Counted from the stretch's first letter, positions 34,115 through 47,900 are shown. The stretch: 64,000 nucleotides of DNA from Elsinoe ampelina (GCA_010093995.1 ML992501.1:2809194-2873193); one strand, 5' to 3'. Numbers and translations are program-made. Notes: a model not told the origin generated them from the sequence alone.

Positions 34115-36660
34115 ATGTCACTACTCATGAACGAGGAGTGGGTACTCAGGATGCGATCAGGAGGAGGTGACTGACACGCCTCAGGTTTGCGATTTATCAG
34201 TTACGGTCAGGGTATCTCAACAACTTTAAAGACGGGATCGGCGAGCGACTCATCACATTGAACCCGGCTGTGTTCAATCAGCCAGCTTTCCGAGCCGCGG
34301 GATGGAGTCCAGATCCGTCAGAGATCAAGCGAACATATTCTCCGCCTATACCGACAGCAGTGACATCCGAGTACTTCAACATACCACCCAGGTCCGCAGC
34401 ACCGCAAGGTCAGGATGATGAAGAGGAGGGAACACTTCTTACTGGCCATGGCAGTAACGATACCATTGGACCAACACTGCATGCGCGACGACGACGTGGG
34501 AGAAAGGAGCAGCAGGAGGAAGATGATAGCAGTGAGCTGAGTGATGACAGCGACGAAGAGGATGAGAAACGTGACGCACAGAAGATCAAGTTCAACAAAA
34601 TGCCTGTACGGATACGATCTGGATCGTCGCCTGCACGTCCTTCGAAATTGAAGGATGAGATTAACGAGGACGATGTGAAAGTCATGGTCACGTCTCCATC
34701 GCGACCGCCAGAGATCGGTGGAATTCGAAGAGGATCTCTCAGTGCCGTGGACACAATCAAGCAGAGATCGAGGAGAGATACTGCCACTAGTAGCGAGATG
34801 AGCTCCGAGAATGAAGACTCGATAGTCTTCCGACGTCGAAAGCTGGAACGCAGACCCACGACACAGAGCATGCTTCTACCTGATATCATCCAGGAAGAGG
34901 ATGCCAAACGAGACGACTCGGATCTGGAGGACGAGGATATCAGTGAGGCATCGGATCTATCGGATATTGATGATGTTGCGGATGCGGACATTCTGCTCAA
35001 CATTGGTGCTCCACTGGCCAACGTGGACACTCTGGATTCTTCGCCTCCTCAACCCCCAGCCCTGATACCTGCTGCGATACCTGCGTCTGGATCGCCGAGA
35101 AAGCGTAGAGAACTACCAACCGAGCTTCCAAGACTTCCTCGATTACCTTCGGGTCGTCCGGTGAGCATGGTCCAATCTGTCAGTCTGTTATCGAAAGCAC
35201 TCAAGTCGAACACGCAAGCCGACGAAAACCCGACGGCTAAATTCGCGCCTTTGTACGGCAAGGGCGAGGCCAGCCCATTGTGGATCAAGGTTCTCTATCC
35301 AGGTTCTTCAGAGCCGGATTCACATCTTGAGATACCTACCAGAAAGGCTAAAGAGAACGGCCCGATCACAGTAGCAGAGTTCATCGGGCTGTGCCTATGG
35401 CGGTATAACGAAGAGTCAAAAGCACCGCCGGTCACAGGTGATGACCTTCAGGCGAACAAGTGGGTGCTTTACATGGTCGACTTTGGCGAAGTCGAGTACG
35501 ACTTTCCTCCTCTGACCCGTACGAAACCCATCACCGACTTCACTACCAATAACAACAAGCCTGGACGGTTACGACCTGGGCAGAAGCCTTGGGACGAATT
35601 TGCCATAGTCAAGGCGAACGACAAGCAGTTTGCCGAGAACGAGAAAGCGACACCTGAGTTCTCTGCCACCACTACTCCACGGGCAGGGTCAATTGCTCAG
35701 CCTGAGCGCTCTCGTTCTGATACTCCGACTTTGGCAGTGCGGACGAACTCGGATGCACCTCTGCCACCGTCGTTCGTCCCAAATCGCAACCCCATCACAG
35801 GTCCATCCTTCGCGCTCAACGCCATGAGTCGCAAAGACTCCACCATTCCCCTGCTCGACGCACCAGCGACCAATGTTGGCACCTCTCGACACCGCACGGG
35901 CGTCTCCAAGCAGCTCTCGGTCCGCTTCACAGACCCTGACACCTTCCGCACCACCATCATCGACCTACCCACCACTACTGACGCTTACATTGCTGAAGTC
36001 TTCAACAAAGCATGTGACGCCTTTAATCTCCCCAACAAAGCCCTCTACGTCCTCAAAGTCCGCAATACCACCACCGTCGTCCCTGAAGACCGCACAGTCG
36101 AAGCTCTTGGCGACAACGCCATGCTCGACCTCCAACGCCGACGCTTCATTGGCGTCGAGCACCGCGAAGGTGCCGCCTCACCATCCTCCGAATCGCCCAA
36201 TGCCCCTCTCCTCCTTGCCGGCATGACACCCACCAAGAAAGGCAAGAAAGGCCTCCTCTCGTCCACGGCTCGCCCCGCATACGACGTCGGCGCCATCGGC
36301 TTCCACCAGCTCGGCCCAGGCGGCAAGCGCTACCACGTCCTTCGCAGACAACAACTCTCCTTCGCCCCCAGCCACCCGAAAGTCATCGCCCTGGACGGCG
36401 AGTACATCCACATCATGCCCGGCGGCAACATGGACTTGGAAGGCCAAGCCGCACCAGCAAGCGGCAAGACGACAAGCGTGCACTTGCGGGATGTGATCGG
36501 TTGTAAAGTAGCCAGGAAACACCCGAAGCTTGTCCGGGTGTTGGTGTACAGGGAGAAGGAGACGAAGAGGTACGAATTCGAGGCGGAGAGTAGGGCCATG
36601 GCGGCGGAGATTGTGGAGGAGATCAGGAAGGGGGTCGAGAGGTTTGGAGGTGGGGATTAG
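34115..36660 (+). CDS. SIN1: TORC2 subunit Sin1/Avo1 (intron 34138-34184)
   Basis: Spliced N-terminus MSLLMNEEFAIYQLRSGYL..DGIGERLI. Also IKRTYSPPIPTA, CRIM-like EFIGLCLWRY..EVEYDFPPL and a C-terminal PH-like domain (ETKRYEFEA..AAEIVEEI). Confidence 0.92.
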
Positions 36661-36923
36661 GTGTCCCTGTCGTCCCACGACTGGAAGAAGGCAGGGGTGG
36701 GGAGGCGGAGGAGTAGTTGGTGAGACTGGGAGATCGTCCGTCGTCGGCCAAAGATTCTGGCCTCGGTATGAAGAGATGTGGGAGCACATTGAGGAAGCCG
36801 AGATACCCAGCGACGAAGCAGCAGACAACCTAAGAAAATCATCGATTGGAATGTAGGACGTTATTTCCGACAATGCAACGCATTCACGGCCCCTTCCACC
36901 GTGCTCTACTCTTGCTTCCATCA

Positions 36924-37232
36924 TCACTCCCTCGGTTCTGCATCCTCCCAGTCCAACAGCCTCATCGCCACAGGATTCACACCGTACGTCTTCCACACTT
37001 CCTTCATCACCGCCAGACTGACCCTCTTCCCCTCGTCATCCTTGCCCGTGTGGACATTCAAGTACGTTCCATCACCCTCGTCAAAGATCGAGTAGCAGAA
37101 GTTTCTGTACTCCTGGGCGTCGTCGCAAGCGCTATTAATACGTTCGTCCGTTGCGTGTAGGAAGAAGCCGATGTCGGCAGAATGGCCGTAAACAATGGTG
37201 ATGTGGTTGGTAGTGAATTTGTGGCAAATCAT
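36924..37232 (-). CDS. Small unknown protein (~102 aa), paralog A; alternative start at 37292
   Basis: Gapless similarity to 40497-40808 (52/102 identities by manual count) supports coding status. Confidence 0.75.
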   Translation of the reverse strand: MICHKFTTNHITIVYGHSADIGFFLHATDERINSACDDAQEYRNFCYSIFDEGDGTYLNVHTGKDDEGKRVSLAVMKEVWKTYGVNPVAMRLLDWEDAEPRE

Positions 37233-37817
37233 AGTTGCTCTTGGAGCAGTCTGAGAGCAGAGGGTCGTGGTGGAGGAAGAAGGGGTGGCCATTGGGCGCG
37301 TAGAGGCGTTGCAGCAGGCGGAGGCGGCGGAAGAGATCGTGGCTTCAGAGTAGAATGTGAAGAGACTGAAAGTGCCCACTGAAGGGTCGTTCTGCACGTA
37401 GAACTGGGCAAGGATGAGTGGAAAGAGAATGGAAAGATTAAGAGGAAAGGTTACGTCGTCTGTGGGTCTCGGAGATATCTTTGCTTTTGAATCTGTGGTC
37501 CGCAACCTTCTTGGCCCCTTTGAAGCCGTATTACATACTGTTGGGTTATATGCCATGTCGAGCTGGTCATGAGAGCTGACACTGTACAACCGACTCAATT
37601 TTACCCACAGTAAGTTCGGGCGATGTTCTTGCGCAAGGAAGTTGGATGTACTACAGTCAAACGACTACGAAGGACTATATCGCACTGGCCGACCACTTGA
37701 ATGGCATTGTAAACCACATATTGAATTACGATCACGCCAATGTCGCTCGGAACGATGATCCAGCAGATAGCTCCCCACACTATGTCAACGGGGCAGGGCA
37801 GGTACGACACGTCTGTC

Positions 37818-38657
37818 TCAAACTTCGACTTCATCAGCATCCTCAGCCTCCTTAGCGTCTTCGGCTGCATCAGCCTTCTCGGCTCCAAAGGCTTCGCGAA
37901 CATCCCTCCTCGCCTTCCTCGCCAGCTTCTTCTGATTCTTCGTCATTCTCCTGGATCCATGCCCGCCAGTTCCGTCATCCGTCTTGTCGATAGTACCATA
38001 GCCTTTATCCTTCTTCAAGAGAGGCTTTGTCTCGCTAGATCCATCTGCTTTGCCATATCTGACACCATTCCATCCGTATTTCTTGAACGTGTCCCACAAG
38101 AGACCGAAGCGGCGACCAGAATACCAGGCGTAGATCGCCAATGGTAAGAAGCAAAAACACTGATAGATAGCTACCATGTCCTCAGCACGACGTTTTTTGA
38201 ATTCAGTTGGTGATTTGTAGCAGGATATGACAGCTTCGCGCACGATGAGACCGATGCTGCCGCCGAACAGGCCGAAGACAAGTTCGAAGTAGACGACGCC
38301 CCAGAATACAGAGTGCCAGGAACCTTTGACAGACTCCCAAGTCGAGGAAGTCGCAGCACAAGACGCGCAGGAGCAGGTACAAATCGGCTGGTTGAGAGTG
38401 GGTGGGAGTGTAGGCATGACCGTGACTGTGACAGTCGGCGTGCTGGTGGGGACAAAACCTTGGCAGAACCTGTCCAGATCGATCGCGAAATCAGCATCTG
38501 GGTTATGGGTGAGAATGAAAGCTGGTCGAGTAGTTGACGTCGCAGAATGGGTGGCGGCGAGGAGACCAGTTGAAGTGAGGCCTTGACCGAGTGCCATGAC
38601 GAGAAGACCGAGGAGAATGAAGATGGCCATCATCAGATGGTTGAATTTGAGAGACAT
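37818..38657 (-). CDS. Hypothetical membrane protein (signal peptide, Thr/Pro-rich region, two TM segments, charged tail)
   Basis: 279-aa ATG-initiated ORF with a hydrophobic N-terminus, a CTCSCASC cluster and hydrophobic segments VFWGVVYFELVFGLFGGSIGLIV and MVAIYQCFCFLPLAIYAWY. Confidence 0.65.
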   Translation of the reverse strand: MSLKFNHLMMAIFILLGLLVMALGQGLTSTGLLAATHSATSTTRPAFILTHNPDADFAIDLDRFCQGFVPTSTPTVTVTVMPTLPPTLNQPICTCSCASCAATSSTWESVKGSWHSVFWGVVYFELVFGLFGGSIGLIVREAVISCYKSPTEFKKRRAEDMVAIYQCFCFLPLAIYAWYSGRRFGLLWDTFKKYGWNGVRYGKADGSSETKPLLKKDKGYGTIDKTDDGTGGHGSRRMTKNQKKLARKARRDVREAFGAEKADAAEDAKEAEDADEVEV

Positions 38658-40496
38658 TGTCTGTGATACAATCAGAGACGAGAGACTGCTTCGGACCTGG
38701 TCTGTACCTACAGCGATGATGTTCCTGGTATGAGATGCGCTTGATATCTTGAGGCCTTGATGTATTGATGTGCTGATGTCTTAAGTGTGGAAGGTGGATT
38801 GAACTTTGTCGACGAAATGATGTACGCGGCCCAGTGAAATATCAGAACGCACTAGCACTTTCACAATCGAAAGTTTCCAATAGGGAAGTGTGGCTTTGAC
38901 GCACTTCGCCACTTGCCTGACCGGCGCCACATGAACTGAAAGAGCGAATGCAGCGAGTGCAAGACGTTGTTACTTTTTCGGCATGATTTTCGACGCTAGC
39001 ATTCCCATGTAGAACGATTCGAGCGCAGAGATGAATAAATAGAGACCCTTTCACCTTCGTCGGTTCCATGAGCAGCATCACACGATATTCTTGAACGATT
39101 CTCGCTCTAGATCTCCGATCTCTACATGATGAGAGTGAATATGATTGGCGACTGGAGGATTTCGAGCTTACAAACCACCGTGCCAATTCTTCCCGATCTC
39201 TTGTTGCCACTTTTCATATACAAAGGACATGTTAGGGAATCTAATTACCTTTGATGCACCAGCAGGTGCCAAGATAGATCTCACGGTCTTTTCAGGGGCA
39301 CACAAGCAATCGTTTGTCACAGTGGAAACACGGCTCGATCTCGTCTCTCAAAAAGCCTAGAAGGGATCCAATTTGGGTTTCTATCTCAACCCGCTCACGA
39401 TACTCCTGGTCTGTGATGGTATGATTGGTGACCAGGACACAACTCTCAGGGCCCCTGGGCGTTCACGTTGCTACGTATCTTGATCACTGCCAGTCTGACG
39501 TGTCCCATCCACCATCAACAGCCAGCGGAACGAAGCAGAGAGATTCGGCCTGAAATGCATCGCAGTCGCCAGTCTCGAGGTGTTGTTCATGGCTGATGAT
39601 TGTATAGATGAGCATTTTCGACAATGTCCTTCCACGGATCACGTGTCTGCTGGGTGAAAATGATGACACCACATCTTGATCAAACGCGGTGTATGTGAAT
39701 CTCGATGAGCCTCTTGCAGGCCATCTAGATTCCATTCAATCATAATGGGTTTGTGCCATTTGACAGAAGAGGGCAGGTTGTGTGATTTCCTTGGCACATG
39801 ACTAAGCAGCAGCACGTTCGCCGGTCACACCCGTGGACGTCGTCTTTGAACCTTGTTGAGTCTTGCATCTTCTGGAGCTGCACAATGATTCCCGCATGCG
39901 CGGCCCTTCTGGCACGTTCGTGTTTCGAGCTGTTGGCTACTACAGAGACTTAGCGCTAGCGGTGCGAATGTGATGCATTAGGCGGCGACCGAGGAGTACT
40001 GTGGGCTGACCTGCAAGCTACTCCGACGTTTGGACGTGATCCGACTGAGCAGTCACAAGAAACTCGCTGAGATCGTCCTTCTTCGTCGCGAACGTCTTAT
40101 TCGTCAGGCGAGTCCATGTCATGTAGGTAGACAGCAGCAAAGAGCTGGAGCTCCATGCCTGAGTGCCTTGCTTCTCTGGAGTGCACCGAGTCGCTAAATT
40201 TGCATAGGCTATTGAGATGGGAGGGCATAAGGAACTTTTGCCGGATACAAAAGTCAGATCACTAAGGTTCCAAAAGCGCCAAAAGCACCTGTAATTCTCT
40301 GCGCATAGAAATTCTTCTTGAACCCCCCGTCTTCCGTCGCAAATTCCCGATATCCGCACCCATGGGTCTGTCTCCCTCCATCGCAATTTCTCAACTTCCA
40401 GCGCTTCGACCTCGGACTCCATCAGCGACAGGGAACGCTGTCTCCGTCCAGTCTTCCATGCCTGCAACGACCGACAGGCGGCACAGCCCAGCCAGG

Positions 40497-40808
40497 ATGA
40501 TCCGCCACCAATTTACACAAGAGCACATCACCGTGAGTTACGGCCACGCCCCTGGTATCGGCTTCTTCTTAAGTGTATCTGACGAGCGCCTTGCTCTTGA
40601 CCCGGATGATCAGTCGCAATTCAACGACCTCCGTCTTGCAGTTGCCCCGGATTGCGAAGGCGTCTATCTAGAAGTGCAGACAGGCAAGCATGGAGATCGT
40701 AGAAAAGTCAGTGTGGCAGTGATGAAGGAGCTATGGAAGAGGTATGGAGTCAATCATGTGGCGATGAGGTTGCTTGACATTGAGGATCCAGAGCCGAGCC
40801 AGGCTTAG
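40497..40808 (+). CDS. Small unknown protein (~103 aa), paralog B; alternative start at 40458
   Basis: Shares HIT..YGH...IGFFL...DER and VS.AVMKE.WK.YGVN.VAMRLLD.ED.EP with 36924-37232. Confidence 0.75.
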   Translation: MIRHQFTQEHITVSYGHAPGIGFFLSVSDERLALDPDDQSQFNDLRLAVAPDCEGVYLEVQTGKHGDRRKVSVAVMKELWKRYGVNHVAMRLLDIEDPEPSQA

Positions 40809-41659
40809 CAATTTCCAGGCGTTCGTCGATCATTATTGATTCATAGAAAATTTGACTTTACATATGAAGGACAGAGGGAGGGCAAGAGCACGAGATCGTT
40901 GAGAAACGGCGACCTACCTGGACAGCTGACTAAATGAGCATGTTCCATAACCAAACCATGAGACTTGCATCCTCTGATCTCTGAGATGAAGAGTGATTTG
41001 AATTAGTGCAGAATTGGAATAGCTATGATCCCATGGCTGAGGCCTTCTACAAAGTCAAGAATCGGTTCGCAGCCTGGAGTTTGGGTAAATTGCGTGGGCT
41101 TGATGATCCGATCCTTTCGCTTTGGCATCCTTGTCGCTTTGGCTCATCTCTCGACGCTTCCCGATCAAGCTTCAAGTTGAGCAGTCCAATCTCAGCTCAG
41201 TGCATCCGGCCTCATGTGAGCCAACTTCGATGACGTCCGCTCTGCTCTAGTCTAGCGTCACAGACAGAGTGCTTCTTCAAATTCGATCCGGTGTGCAGCA
41301 CTTAAACATCAAGTGCCTTGATCATTCCGCAACGCCCAAGTGCTATCGCCGTGCAACATCGGACCAACTAGACCCCCTTGGTCGAGCGCGTGTAACTCCT
41401 AGACAACAGCATTTCCGACCCCGTGGAGGATTCTAGTGCCGCGGTATGCCAGCGGTCAGAATTCAAGGCATCATTGATCCGGAGGTCAAAGCCAGAGATT
41501 CGATCCGCCGCATGTCAATGGTGTGAAATATCGTCGATGCTGTGGCCTATGGATTTTCGCCACGTGACTGTACCACCCTCCAAGATTATGGGCGACAAAC
41601 TTCTCAAGTAGTCGATCAAAGCCAGCTAGGAGGTGTGGGAAGACACGACATCCCTTTGA

Positions 41660-43154
41660 TCAATCTCTGCAATCATTTGGTAATTGTATTGCCACGATCA
41701 GCTGTGCAATTCCAACGAGGAGCTGCAGAATGCTAAGGACGACCGTTACACCACCGATAATCGTGACCACCCAAAATGTATACCATTGTAGAGGATGTCG
41801 TCGGTCGCGCCAAAAGTCTCTTAGTTTGTTGGGCTGCTGCCGAAGACAAAATTCCTGAAGTTTCGCCAGACGTTGCCCGAACATTGGAAAATCGTAACTT
41901 GTGTTGTATTCCTGAAATTCCCGCAAGGATCCCTTCTTGCGGTCAACACAAGTCCTTGGCCAGATGTAGTCGGGTAGGCCGCGTAGGGTGTGATCGAGGT
42001 GCCGGGTACAAACCGTGGTCAACAACGGGTCGAAAGTATCAGGTCGGATCTTCTGTAAAGCCTCTAATTCTTGCTTGACAAGGACTCGAGATCTACGCGA
42101 TTGACCAAATAGCAGGCGATATGACATGAGAATCTCTCTGTGTGGTTGAGGTCTGTCAACCATGGTCTCGTTCGATGTTTCCATATCAACGCCGTAGAGC
42201 ATCTCCAATGATCTTTCTGCACGTCAGACGAGCTTCACTGCAATTGCATTCCTTTCGAAGACGGGGATTCTCGAATCATATGACTTACTTGGTGATCAAA
42301 GGAGTGTGATCATCCTTGATGTTGCAACTCATGGCGCAGAAGGATGGGAAGCGAAAAATCGATAGTTGGCGAGTGATCGGATCGAGACTGAGGTGGCTGC
42401 AAAGGTCATCACTCCATTTGATACTAACGTCGCAAATATCAGACAGAGACCCGTAGTCCAGACTTGAAGGGAACAAACTAGTGGGTGTCAGCTCGTCCTT
42501 CTCATCCTCCCCAATTAAATGCTGCCAGCGCTTCGCTCCCATTATCCTTCGGAGTTGCCGGAACGTCGTTGGCAGTGGGCGTTCGAAGCTATCGTCCTTC
42601 AGGGTGTGTACCGTACCGTCTTGCCGCCTGGCCTGAAGCTGAGCAGTTGACGCATCGAGATCAGAGGGGATGAATGGTGTGAAGACCATTGTCGTCCATA
42701 GCAACGTAGCGAAGAGGATGAGATTGCCCGCGGGCGAGTCCGACGTAGTGCTAGTAGAGGCAGCGGACCTGGCACTTAAATCCTGCCATACTTCCGAAAT
42801 GCTCCCATCTGTAAGTTGTAGGGGCATTGCTTTGGCCACAGTGGCCACCCATTCCCAGCACTCGGCCAATTTGAGGGGGCGAGACCTTCCTACTTTGCTC
42901 CAAGCAGCATCGAATTTCGGGTCCATTATGGCTACGAAGGACAGCTCGACATATCTGCAATAAGCAGAGGTGCCCGGCCACATATCGATATCGCCTTCGT
43001 CAATGCCGAAGATATCAGCCAGTACGCTTGTGGGAATCCAGTTCTTCTGCGGCTTCGCAATTGCAATAGGCTTCTTGATGATGTTATTGGACCCGGATGG
43101 GCGATTCGAGTCCAGCGTGTGCAATGGCAGACCTGCATGACTGTGAGAAGTCAT
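41660..43154 (-). CDS. Uncharacterised fungal protein with C-terminal TM helix (two exons; intron ~42288-42213)
   Basis: Two long ORFs joined by a GTAAGT..CTGAC..AG intron. Motifs IKWSDDLCSHLSLD..LSIFRFPSFC, HREILMSYRLLFGQ and DFPMFGQRL..LRDFWRDRRHPLQWYTFW, followed by a hydrophobic helix. A paralog in the window confirms coding status. Confidence 0.8.
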
Positions 43155-44935
43155 CGTCCACGGATATATGTGCACGTTGCTGTGCGCCTTGAGCAAGCCT
43201 CGTGATCAGGGAACATCCAACGTCCTTCTCCTGAACAACGCCAGCTGGGGTCGATGCTTGGCTGAAGGCATTGAGGCGTTTCCTGCTCGATACTGACGCC
43301 GTCAAGCGCAGCCAATGGTAGGTGGTGACTTCTGAATGTAGTTCCTTGGAGAGGTGACCGGCAGTGATCCATGCATTAGACTGCATTAGCGTCCGCTGCC
43401 CGCGCCGAGAGTATAGACCACTCATCACGAGTTCAATTACCTGGTGCCTTCTTTCCACTTCCTATCTCATCTCGCCTGTGTACGACCTCATGATGGACAC
43501 AGCAGATGATCCACGAAGGACGGAGTGGGGGAGAGGGTGAATTTGAAATAAGTGAGAATCGTTAGCAATCGCAAGCTTTCTGTACGAAGCTCGGCTCGGC
43601 CCTCTTCTCAGTACTCGACTGTAGTAATTTCTGGTAATTATATGATACTGGTAACAACAAACAACCACTCGACGACTTTGCAGGTTCAACGGTCCGCAGT
43701 ACCAAAGCATTGAACTTCTGCTGATACATCTATTGCGTCTGACCACCGAGCGTCCAGCTTCTCTCTTTCCCTTGCACTCGGTACGGCCAGTAAGCTTTCG
43801 CGAGACGCTGACGCGAGCGCGGTTCAGCTAACTTGACATATCAGTATACCTTCCACTACCATGACACCTGCAAGCGCCGCAGAAGCGCCAACTATAAATT
43901 CACGACCGCCTTCCGACCAAACAGCAGCCTCCTTGCCCCCATCGTCGAGCTTGCCGGCACAGCCATGGAAATCCTATTTCCGCGCCGATGCGAGCCAGCT
44001 CAATTCCGTCCTTGCCAGACCAGCACAGCTCTGTCTGAAAGCCGGCGGTGGGGGACAAGGCTCTCTCCCGCAAAAGCCTCGAACGATCGATCTGGCAGGC
44101 ACAGAAAAGAAGGCCAGATGACCGCGCACTTTGCTCGACCAGAACTGGCCCGATACACAAGGGGATGGGAGTGCGGAGGTAATATGGAGGAGAACCAACA
44201 TTCATGGCGAACAAAAGGGACAATGGCTTGTATTCTCGCATATCTATTGGGTCTGGATACTTTTCTCAACGGCATATTGGGTGGAGAAAAAAGTTTGCAG
44301 CCAGCATCACTCCGGTCATTGGAGCCATTGTTCAACACTAGAGTCTGTATGCTTCAGGAGCAGGGATATCACTGGTATTTACCACTGTACTTGGGTAATC
44401 GGGCAAGCGACTGCAGACCTTTGTCTTGTAATATTATTAGCTGTACGAATGGACAAGGCTTTAGATCGGTCCGTCATTTCCATGTAGTGAGGCCTTCACC
44501 GGTCGACATTAGATGGACGGCAACAGGATTACGAGTCAGACGGCTCTCATTGAATCGGGAGGCAACCGCACAACTTAGTCTCCAATCTCACGCATCAAAT
44601 TGATACATGCGGCTACACAAGCCCCCCTTGTTCGATAAGCAGACCACTCCAACCTCGCAACGCCACCACGCTAAGCGATTGGTAAAAGTACAGGGCTGGC
44701 CGGAGTCCGGCCGATGAGTAAATACGCTAGAAGACCAGATAACCTGACGCTGGAGAGACAAAATCGTATAAAGACAAGCGAGAAACACGGACAAAAGAAC
44801 GAACAGAAGCCGTATGCAACACCAGACACCTCGCTGAGAAAGCCGACAGACAAGAAGACAAGACAGAAACACAAAACCCGACATCGCGGAACGGCCGTGA
44901 GACCTACTCGTACAACCCTGCGACAGTCCCTTGCA

Positions 44936-47900
44936 TCATCTCCACATGCACCCAACAAGCGCGTCAAAATCGGCCTCGATTCTTGCGGCGCCAACAGAAG
45001 GTCGAAGCTTGGTAGCCATAGCCTCAGCTTGAATGCGAAGTCGGGCCGCTTCGGGACCTTTGCCACGCATACGGTCGAGAGCCTCGGAGAGCTTGAAGAG
45101 GACGCGAGCATGTTCGCCGACGAGGACAGACTTGCGCAATTCGGTCACAACGAGGGCGTCGCGGAGGTGTTTGCTACATGGGGGATTAGATATGTGCACC
45201 TGCCCGTTGCAGATCGGCTGATGGGACACAGCAGGTCCGGGACAGGGTCTATGCAGGCCGGGGGCATACTCACACTGCGGCTTCCAGTTTCCCTTGATCT
45301 AGTGCCACGCAACCAAGGCGGTACATGCAGGATCCGTTGAATGAGGCGGTGCGCGATCGGTCGCCCAGGACCCACGAGTTCTGTGCTTCATTGAAGTAGT
45401 TTTCCGCTTTGATCAAGTCGCCATCTCTGCGGGCGATTCTGCCGAGTGCGAAAGAGGTACTGTGAGAAACTGGTCAGGTTTGCGAGGTAAACGGCTGGAA
45501 GGATCGACATACTAGGCCGACGCGGCCCAATTGAACTCCTCCATCGGCACCGCTTTGAATTGCTCCGCTGATTCCAAAAGCATCTCACGGGCCGTGTCCG
45601 ATGAGTCGACCCAGGAGAGAATCACTGCGAGCGATGATTTGGCGTTAGGGGGCCACAGGCTGCTGCCAAGGTCATTGACTGATGTCCACTCCTTCCAGTG
45701 ATTACGGCAGCGTTCAATCCACTCAAGCGCTTCCTTGTCTCGGCTCATGGACGCGCAAGCTTCTGCAACGTTGCTCGCAGACCAGGCAAAGTTTTCTGGC
45801 CTCCTTCCATGTGTGCTCTCATTGCGTATCTCGTACGAATTCTTGAGCCACTGCAGACCATCGTCGTAATTGCCTTGTCGACAACGTAGCTGGCCTTTGT
45901 GCGACGCAAGATTCGCTCTCAAGGCAATAGATTGTTCCGTCTTCGGGAGAGTGCCGATGGCTTTGAAGTTTGTTTCAATGAGCAGTTCGAGTTCGGAGTA
46001 ACGATTGGTCTCGATGAGGTACCTTGACGGCGACTGTTAGCAGACACTCTTGTGGATCCAGAATGGAGTTGCATACCTCTGACACATATTACTGAGCTCG
46101 CAATATTCGGTACTAGCGATCATCTTGAAGCCATCATCCCACTTCTGCTCGAAGGAATCTCTCAGAGCCAGCACGTGCTGTAAGTATCGCTCGCACTCGG
46201 CCCAGCGTAGCCACAGCGTCGCCGCCTTCCGATCCTGTGTAGGAAACACTTGATGGATAAGCGCAGATGCCGTATGGAAGTTGCGCTGGCGACTTGCCTG
46301 GTCCATGAAGTGTTTATAGGATGACTGGACAAGTCGATGGACCGTGAATGTTTGGGTCTGCCGCACACGTTTGACAAGTGCCTGTACAAGTAATGCATCA
46401 AAGGCATCCCAAAGTCTGCACCAAGTCAGCAAATCGGCACGAATGAAGTCGATATCCTCTTACTCTGATGGGCGGTGACAGAAAGCTAGACCGTCCGGCA
46501 TGCGGCGAGTACCCTTCGGTACGAACAACGATTGGAGAACACCGTCAGGTTGAAGGAATGACATGACTCCAAGTAAGGTAGCACTGTTCGTGGTGAGAGA
46601 TTCAAAGGTACAATTCCACAATGAAGCGATGGATTTGTTCTCGAAGATACCGTTCAAAACCTCATCCGGCCGATCGTGGTACGTTGCGAAAAATTCTTCG
46701 ACAGACCAAGCTCGACGATGAATCATGCCAGCCATGAGGGATATCGCCAGTGCATGACCTTCCAGCTTCTCCGCGAGTTTCCGGGCGTTTTCGGTAGCGA
46801 TGCTATGGACTGGGATCCTCCTGCCAGAGGCCGGCGATAGTAGGTGCTCTAAGAACTTGATTCCATGAGCAGCGTCCCAATTGTCAAGCCTCATACCATA
46901 ATCCGTAAGGTGGAATTCGAACTCTATGTTGCGAGTTGTGACGAGTACCTGACCACAGCCAGACAATGGCCAATAAAGTTTGACAAGCTCGACGTCTCTC
47001 GCATTGTCAAAGACGACAATCCAGCGTTTATCTGTGATGGAATTAAGTGAAGCCATTATGTAACAAGGTCTCGCTTACTGGTAGTCTGAAGCCATGTGAG
47101 CAGTACGTGCCGGTTCTCTTCATGGTCGTCTGCCCGCACGCCAGGTAGCTGCAGTCGTTGGGCCGCTTGTGTGAAACTTTGCCTGAGAGAAGCAGCAGTC
47201 TCACTCTTGAACCAAAGCATTGTATCAATGCGCTTGCGTTGCTGCCAAGCATACTTGCAGGCAAGTGAGGTCTTCCCAACTCCACCCATCCCATGAATTG
47301 CCAGCGAGCGGACGCATGGGCTTTCTGCTGAGTAGGCGAAATGATTCTCCATTTCCCGAATTTGCTCTTCTCGGTCGAAGAACCTCTTCGGTCTTTCAGA
47401 AGGCCAATCGAAGGGGAGCTTAGTGCCTCCACCATTCTCTGATCGGCCGTGTTGAAAGGCTGGTGATGATGGCGTCGCTCTTGCGTCCACCTGGAACAAA
47501 GGAATTGAACGATTTATAACCCTGTTGATCTGTTGATCTATGGTCGTCTTTGTGATTTGGTGCTCGGATCTAAGGTTCTGTAGTTGGGCATCGAGCCTAG
47601 ATCCTGAAGACATGTCAATTGAGACAGTAGCGTGATGCGTGAGCATTGTCCTTACCTCCCGCAGCAAAGACATGGTCTTGTCGAAGCAGATTGATGACCT
47701 CCGTGAAGAACGTAACTGTTGCGACGAGAACATTAACACAGGCTCCCTTCATTGCCGGTGTCAATCCTTGTATGCCATCAAGCAGATCCGCTAGACTTTG
47801 AATCTGCCGGCAGATGTCACCTGATAGCTTAGCTATAGGCTGTTTCGCGGCGGTCTCTTGTGAGATCAGCTGTGACATTATCAGTCCTGGCAGTATGCTC

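Noticed and set aside
43833..44603. 256-aa ORF between the TM-family gene and the NLR
   Set aside because: TTG start and no recognisable domain; it may be a relic but cannot be supported.
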